The position numbers and the translations under genes were made by a program. This document shows, in pieces, positions 60,201 to 64,000 of a stretch of DNA of 64,000 bases; the first letter of the stretch is position 1, and each line of letters opens with the position of its first letter. The DNA comes from Planctomycetota bacterium (GTDB lineage Bacteria > Planctomycetota > SZUA-567 > H5-PLA8). The notes under the pieces were generated by a model that worked only from the letters and a program-made list of their open reading frames with translations, was not told the DNA's origin and did no database searches. The stretch is taken from contig JACQFI010000030.1 of assembly GCA_016200135.1 (NCBI GenBank), positions 8,656-72,655 of the forward strand, read 5' to 3'.

Positions 60201-61049
60201 ATGCCCGCCGAAGCGCTCGCGTTCCTGAAGCTCGCCGAAGAGACCCTGCGCTTCGATTACCTTGCCGGCGCTGTGACGCCCGTGACCTACCCGCACGTCG
60301 CCGGCTGGCGCAAACTCCCCGAGATGGTGACCGCGTACACGACTTATAAATCCCACTTTCGCATCGAAGGCCAGCCGGAGCGCTGGCTGCGCCCCGGCGA
60401 GACGCTTTGCGTCTGCCACGGCGTGAACCACCAGATCGAAGTGGTGCCCGGCACCGACGGCGTGAGCCGCTGGTCGCACGTCAACTTCAAGATGCTCGGC
60501 TCGGTGGATTTGTTCTCGCTGCTGGAGCCGCCCCCGGTCCTGCGTGGATCAACGTCGAGAAAGATCGGCGACGTGAACGAGGAACTCGCTGAGATCCATG
60601 AGTCAGGCTTGACGACCTTGCGCCAATTGGTGAAGAAGAAGGCGCTCGGCTTCCGGCTGCTGGAACTGGTCACGCCGGAAGCCCGGGTGCGCGAAGGCAG
60701 CGCCGCGTTCCTGCAGGGCGCGCAGCGCCTGGCGGCGGTGCTCGACCATATCGAGCGCCATCTGGAGAAGGACCTCGGCCGCGAGGAACTCGCCGAGCTC
60801 GTCCATCTTTCGCCCACGCGCTTCTACGCGGTCTTCGTGGAGACCCTCGGCATCGCGCCGAGCGTGTACGTGCAGCGCAAGCGCATGCAACGCGCGCAGC
60901 AGTTGCTCATCCGCTCGGACCTATCGGTAAAGGAGATCGCCGCGCAAGTCGGCCAGCCCGATCCGTTCCACTTCAGCCGCCTCTTCAAGCGCGAATGCGG
61001 CGTGAGCCCACAGCACTACCGGCTGGAGGCAAGGAAAGGGTTGGTGTAG
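60201..61049 (+). CDS. AraC family transcriptional regulator
   Basis: The C-terminus (ELAELVHLSPTRFYAVFVETLGIAPSVYVQRKRMQRAQQLL...VKEIAAQVGQPDPFHFSRLFKRECGVSPQHY) is an AraC double HTH. Divergent from the PhyH gene. Confidence 0.88.
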   Translation: MPAEALAFLKLAEETLRFDYLAGAVTPVTYPHVAGWRKLPEMVTAYTTYKSHFRIEGQPERWLRPGETLCVCHGVNHQIEVVPGTDGVSRWSHVNFKMLGSVDLFSLLEPPPVLRGSTSRKIGDVNEELAEIHESGLTTLRQLVKKKALGFRLLELVTPEARVREGSAAFLQGAQRLAAVLDHIERHLEKDLGREELAELVHLSPTRFYAVFVETLGIAPSVYVQRKRMQRAQQLLIRSDLSVKEIAAQVGQPDPFHFSRLFKRECGVSPQHYRLEARKGLV

Positions 61050-61076
61050 CGCGCGATGGCAACTTCGATGCAGTTT

Positions 61077-61955
61077 TTACTTTTCCGCCGCGGGCTTTTC
61101 TTTCTTGTACTCGGCGGCATGCTTCTGCCACCAGTCTTGCAGGTCGACCGTGGCTTTCTTGCGTTTCGCTTCGGTCCACGGTTCCAGGTTCGCTGCGCCA
61201 ATTTGTTCCAACGGATTCTTTTCAAAAATGGCCGCGATGGCGCGAAGGGCGTTCTCGCCCAGCGTGCGGGGACCCTGGTAGTCGAACCAGCGCGTTGGCC
61301 TGCGGTCGTCCAGGAGTGCGAACAGCGCAGCTAGGTCTTTGGTGTCCGGCGTGTAGGCGGCGACAGGGACCGCGAACGCGGTGGAGATGCCAACGCTTCC
61401 TTTGTCGTTCGAACTCGTAACGCGGAAATCGTGCATCTCATCGGGATCCATTTCGCCCCAAGCCATGAGCCGCTCGGCCAACGTAGCGTTTGCTTTGGGC
61501 TTCGCATCAATCTTGTTGCCCGCAACCATGGCGTCGATGCGCGGCTTAATCTTCTGCGGATCGCCGGCATCGAGGGTCGCGACGGCAATGGCGCCGGTGG
61601 CTTCGAGCGGGAGCATGCGATTCTTGCGTTTTAGCATGTGGAAGTAGTAACGGTGCAAAGCGCGGCGAAACGCTACGGACGGCGCTTCCATTTGGAATTG
61701 CGTGTGTTCTTTTTTCCAATCTTCCGCGAGCTTGGCTATGCCGTCGTATTTTCCGCTGGGATCGAAGGCCGCTTCGCGGCCGCTCCAATAGGCTGCCTGC
61801 CAGTAGTCGCGGCAGCGGAAGTCCGCGATCCCGTAGGACAGCAAGGCAGCCTCCTTGAGTCCCGCACGCATTAAGAAAATCTGAGCGATGGGAAACTCGT
61901 CGCGATCGATCTCGAAGTAACTTAGCAGCGGCACCACCTTGGCGAGTGCGGCCAT
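61077..61955 (-). CDS. hypothetical protein
   Basis: 292-aa ORF with balanced, coding-like composition and a Lys-rich tail. No family recognised. Confidence 0.55.
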   Translation of the reverse strand: MAALAKVVPLLSYFEIDRDEFPIAQIFLMRAGLKEAALLSYGIADFRCRDYWQAAYWSGREAAFDPSGKYDGIAKLAEDWKKEHTQFQMEAPSVAFRRALHRYYFHMLKRKNRMLPLEATGAIAVATLDAGDPQKIKPRIDAMVAGNKIDAKPKANATLAERLMAWGEMDPDEMHDFRVTSSNDKGSVGISTAFAVPVAAYTPDTKDLAALFALLDDRRPTRWFDYQGPRTLGENALRAIAAIFEKNPLEQIGAANLEPWTEAKRKKATVDLQDWWQKHAAEYKKEKPAAEK

Positions 61956-61987
61956 GAGCGGCTCGCGGTCCTTCTCCTGGAGCGCTT

Positions 61988-62464
61988 TTACCCAACCTTC
62001 AGCTTGGCGGCCGCGTCAAAGCGGTGCTTCTTTGCGGCCGCTTCCACGGCACCCTCGATTTTGCGTTCCTCTAGTTTGTCGGAGCCGACTGATATGCCGT
62101 CCTTGGGCCTTACCATAAAAAGTAAGCCGATCACCCAAGAGCCGTCTTTAAGCTTCAAATGCGGTCCCGGCATATCGAAACCGTACGTCATCTCCTTGGT
62201 TCCCGAATTGGTCATCTGCGTCTTGCAGTAGCGCATGGGAAGCACGGGCTCATCGCGATCGGGATCGAACTTCTGAGAAATCGACGCTTCGCCTGCGTAA
62301 AAGACCGCGCCTTTGGCATCGGGCATGCCCAACCCGACCACCTTTTCCACGAGCAACTCCATGGCTTTGAATTCTTCTTCGGGAAGGCCCGTAACTGTTT
62401 CGGCCGCGACAACGGAAGTCGATACGAAGAGTGAGCATACGAAAAACAGCGTTTCGATTCGCAT
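61988..62464 (-). CDS. hypothetical secreted protein
   Basis: Start at ATG 62464 (GGGAGG upstream), MRIETLFFVCSLFVSTSVVAAE (signal peptide). About 158 aa. Confidence 0.55.
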   Translation of the reverse strand: MRIETLFFVCSLFVSTSVVAAETVTGLPEEEFKAMELLVEKVVGLGMPDAKGAVFYAGEASISQKFDPDRDEPVLPMRYCKTQMTNSGTKEMTYGFDMPGPHLKLKDGSWVIGLLFMVRPKDGISVGSDKLEERKIEGAVEAAAKKHRFDAAAKLKVG

Positions 62465-62527
62465 AAACTTAAGCCTCCCTATCATCAACGAAATAGCCCC
62501 GTTCCCCTGGCAACGAAACAACCAAAA

Positions 62528-64000
62528 CTACTTAAACCGTGCGTCCTTCCACTGCTCAAACTGCGGCTTGAGTTGATTGCGCTGGTACTTGCCGGTGCTC
62601 GTCACGGGGAAGGTCTCGCCGAAGACTACCACTTTCGGCGCGGCGTGTGCGGCCAGGTGCTTGCGGCAGTGTTCGAGCACTTGCGCTTCGGTGAGCGCCG
62701 CGCCGGGCTTCTTCACCACGTACGCGCCGACCTCTTCGCCGAAGGTCGTGTGCTCGAAGCCCACGGCCATGCCCGCCTGCACGCCTTCGCAGCGGTTGAG
62801 CACCTCGTCCACTTCAAGCGGGCTGATCTTGACGCCGCCGCGGATGATCAGTTCCTTAAAGCGCCCGCTGATGAAGTAGTACGCGCGGCCGTCGGCGCCT
62901 TTCTTCCAGAAGCCTTCGTCGCCCGAGCGAAACCAGCCGTGCGTGAAGGCGTTCTGGTTCGCCTGAAGGTTATTCGCGTAGCCCGGCGTCACGTTATGCC
63001 CGCGGATCACGATCTCGCCTTTCGCGCCCTCGGGCACGGCCTGGCCGTTGTCGTCGTGAATGGCCATCTCGTTGGCTGCCACCGCAACGCCGATCGACGG
63101 ATAGCCGAAGTCGCGCATCCACGTCTTGTGTTCGGCCGGCGTCGTCCGGTTCGGAATCGGCAAGAAGCACGAGTAACACGTCGTCTCGCTCAGACCGTAC
63201 CCATGGCAGACGGGAATGCCGAAGCGGTCCTCGAAGCGGGCGGCCAGGTCCACCGTCAGCGGCCCCGCGCCGCAGATGATGTGCGAGAGCGTGGGGACAT
63301 GCTTATGCGAAACGTCCTTCGGCGCGCCTTCGATCAGAAATTGGAGCAGCGTCGGCACGACGCTGACCACATGCACTTTCTCCGCCGCGATGCGCTCGAA
63401 GAAGGTGGAGGTGCCGAACTTCCGGTTCAGCACCACGCTCCCGCCATAAAAGACCGGCGTCACGTGCGTCACGATCAGGCCGTTCACATGATGAATCGGG
63501 AGCACGCACATCATCCGCTTTTCGGGCGTAAGTTCGTGCCACTGCGAGATCGCGTACGCGTCGGCGAGCAGGTTGTACTGGCTCAGCACCACGCCCTTTG
63601 GCGCGCCGGTGGTCCCGCTTGTGTAAACAATCAGCGCCTCGTCGTCGGGCTGCACGCCAACCGGCGGTTCGTCGATCTCCCTCGCGATCAATCTAAAAAA
63701 GGATATCTCGCGCTCGAAGCTCATGTACGTGCCCGAGGCATACGTGGCGCCGACGAGCAAGGCGTGGCGCAGGGCCGGGACGCTGCAGATCAGCGGGCGC
63801 ATGCGTTCCGCGTATTCTTGGAGCACGAAGACGGCTTTCGCGCCGCTGTGTTCGAGCACGTACGCCAGGCGCTTGTCGTCTTCGCCCATGTTGAGCGGCA
63901 CCACGGTGGCACCCAGGTGCCACGCCGCAAAATCGATCAGGATCGTGTGATCGTGGTTGTGCATCGCAGTCAAGATGCGGTCGCCCCGCTTCACGCCCAG
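62528..64000 (-). CDS. AMP-dependent acyl-CoA synthetase/ligase (5' end outside window)
   Basis: AMP-binding motif YTSGTTGAPKGV, plus GYGLSETT and WFRSGDEG. The frame stays open to the window edge (LGVKRGDRI reads through position 63994). Confidence 0.88.
   Translation of the reverse strand: MGVKRGDRILTAMHNHDHTILIDFAAWHLGATVVPLNMGEDDKRLAYVLEHSGAKAVFVLQEYAERMRPLICSVPALRHALLVGATYASGTYMSFEREISFFRLIAREIDEPPVGVQPDDEALIVYTSGTTGAPKGVVLSQYNLLADAYAISQWHELTPEKRMMCVLPIHHVNGLIVTHVTPVFYGGSVVLNRKFGTSTFFERIAAEKVHVVSVVPTLLQFLIEGAPKDVSHKHVPTLSHIICGAGPLTVDLAARFEDRFGIPVCHGYGLSETTCYSCFLPIPNRTTPAEHKTWMRDFGYPSIGVAVAANEMAIHDDNGQAVPEGAKGEIVIRGHNVTPGYANNLQANQNAFTHGWFRSGDEGFWKKGADGRAYYFISGRFKELIIRGGVKISPLEVDEVLNRCEGVQAGMAVGFEHTTFGEEVGAYVVKKPGAALTEAQVLEHCRKHLAAHAAPKVVVFGETFPVTSTGKYQRNQLKPQFEQWKDARFK

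Noticed and set aside
61955-61990. Calling 61077..62464 a frameshifted pseudogene
   Set aside because: The two ORFs are in different frames, but each has its own plausible start and the downstream one has no evident missing N-terminus. Without homologs, the single-gene hypothesis cannot be supported.

Overview
This is a dense, high-GC bacterial chromosomal segment. I count about 57 credible protein genes, one tRNA-Phe, several clear rho-independent terminators and several repeat elements. The many long ORFs antisense to recognisable genes are shadow ORFs typical of high-GC DNA and are not called. Gene content hints at a PVC-group (Planctomycetota/Verrucomicrobiota-like) organism: ATGA-coupled ECF sigma/anti-sigma pairs, a giant Ser/Thr kinase with TPR and FGE-sulfatase domains, a small membrane protein with an RRWFQ-type N-terminus, and CACGAA-rich intergenic elements. 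This cannot be proven from the sequence alone.

Housekeeping genes recognised:
- cysteine synthase, lysA, yacL-like PIN/TRAM, ispD, ispF, rsmA
- citrate synthase, rpiB, a Sua5/YrdC-phosphatase fusion, purD
- thiS, thiG, mutL, M32 carboxypeptidase

Most notable observations:
1. A visibly AT-richer insertion sits at the 3' end of thiG, bracketed by 145-bp direct repeats (132/145 identical, offset 1743 bp). Its cargo is a DUF433-like ORF fused in frame to a displaced thiG tail, plus a 449-aa protein that joins a Uma2-like nuclease remnant to a full Topo VI-A/Spo11-type CAP+Toprim module. No integrase, Topo VI-B or SMC partner is present.
2. An mlaE-mlaF operon is followed by three tandem paralogous single-MCE proteins with ~350-aa helical tails.
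3. A TPR-Roadblock / Roadblock / 779-aa polytopic membrane protein cluster has no small GTPase in the window.
4. A Sua5/YrdC::YwlE-type (CTGNTCRS) phosphatase fusion lies next to rpiB.
5. An ECF sigma factor apparently lacks region 2.3/2.4.
6. A ~250-bp MITE-like element with terminal inverted repeats is present.

All family assignments come from motif recognition by eye. No database search was possible.
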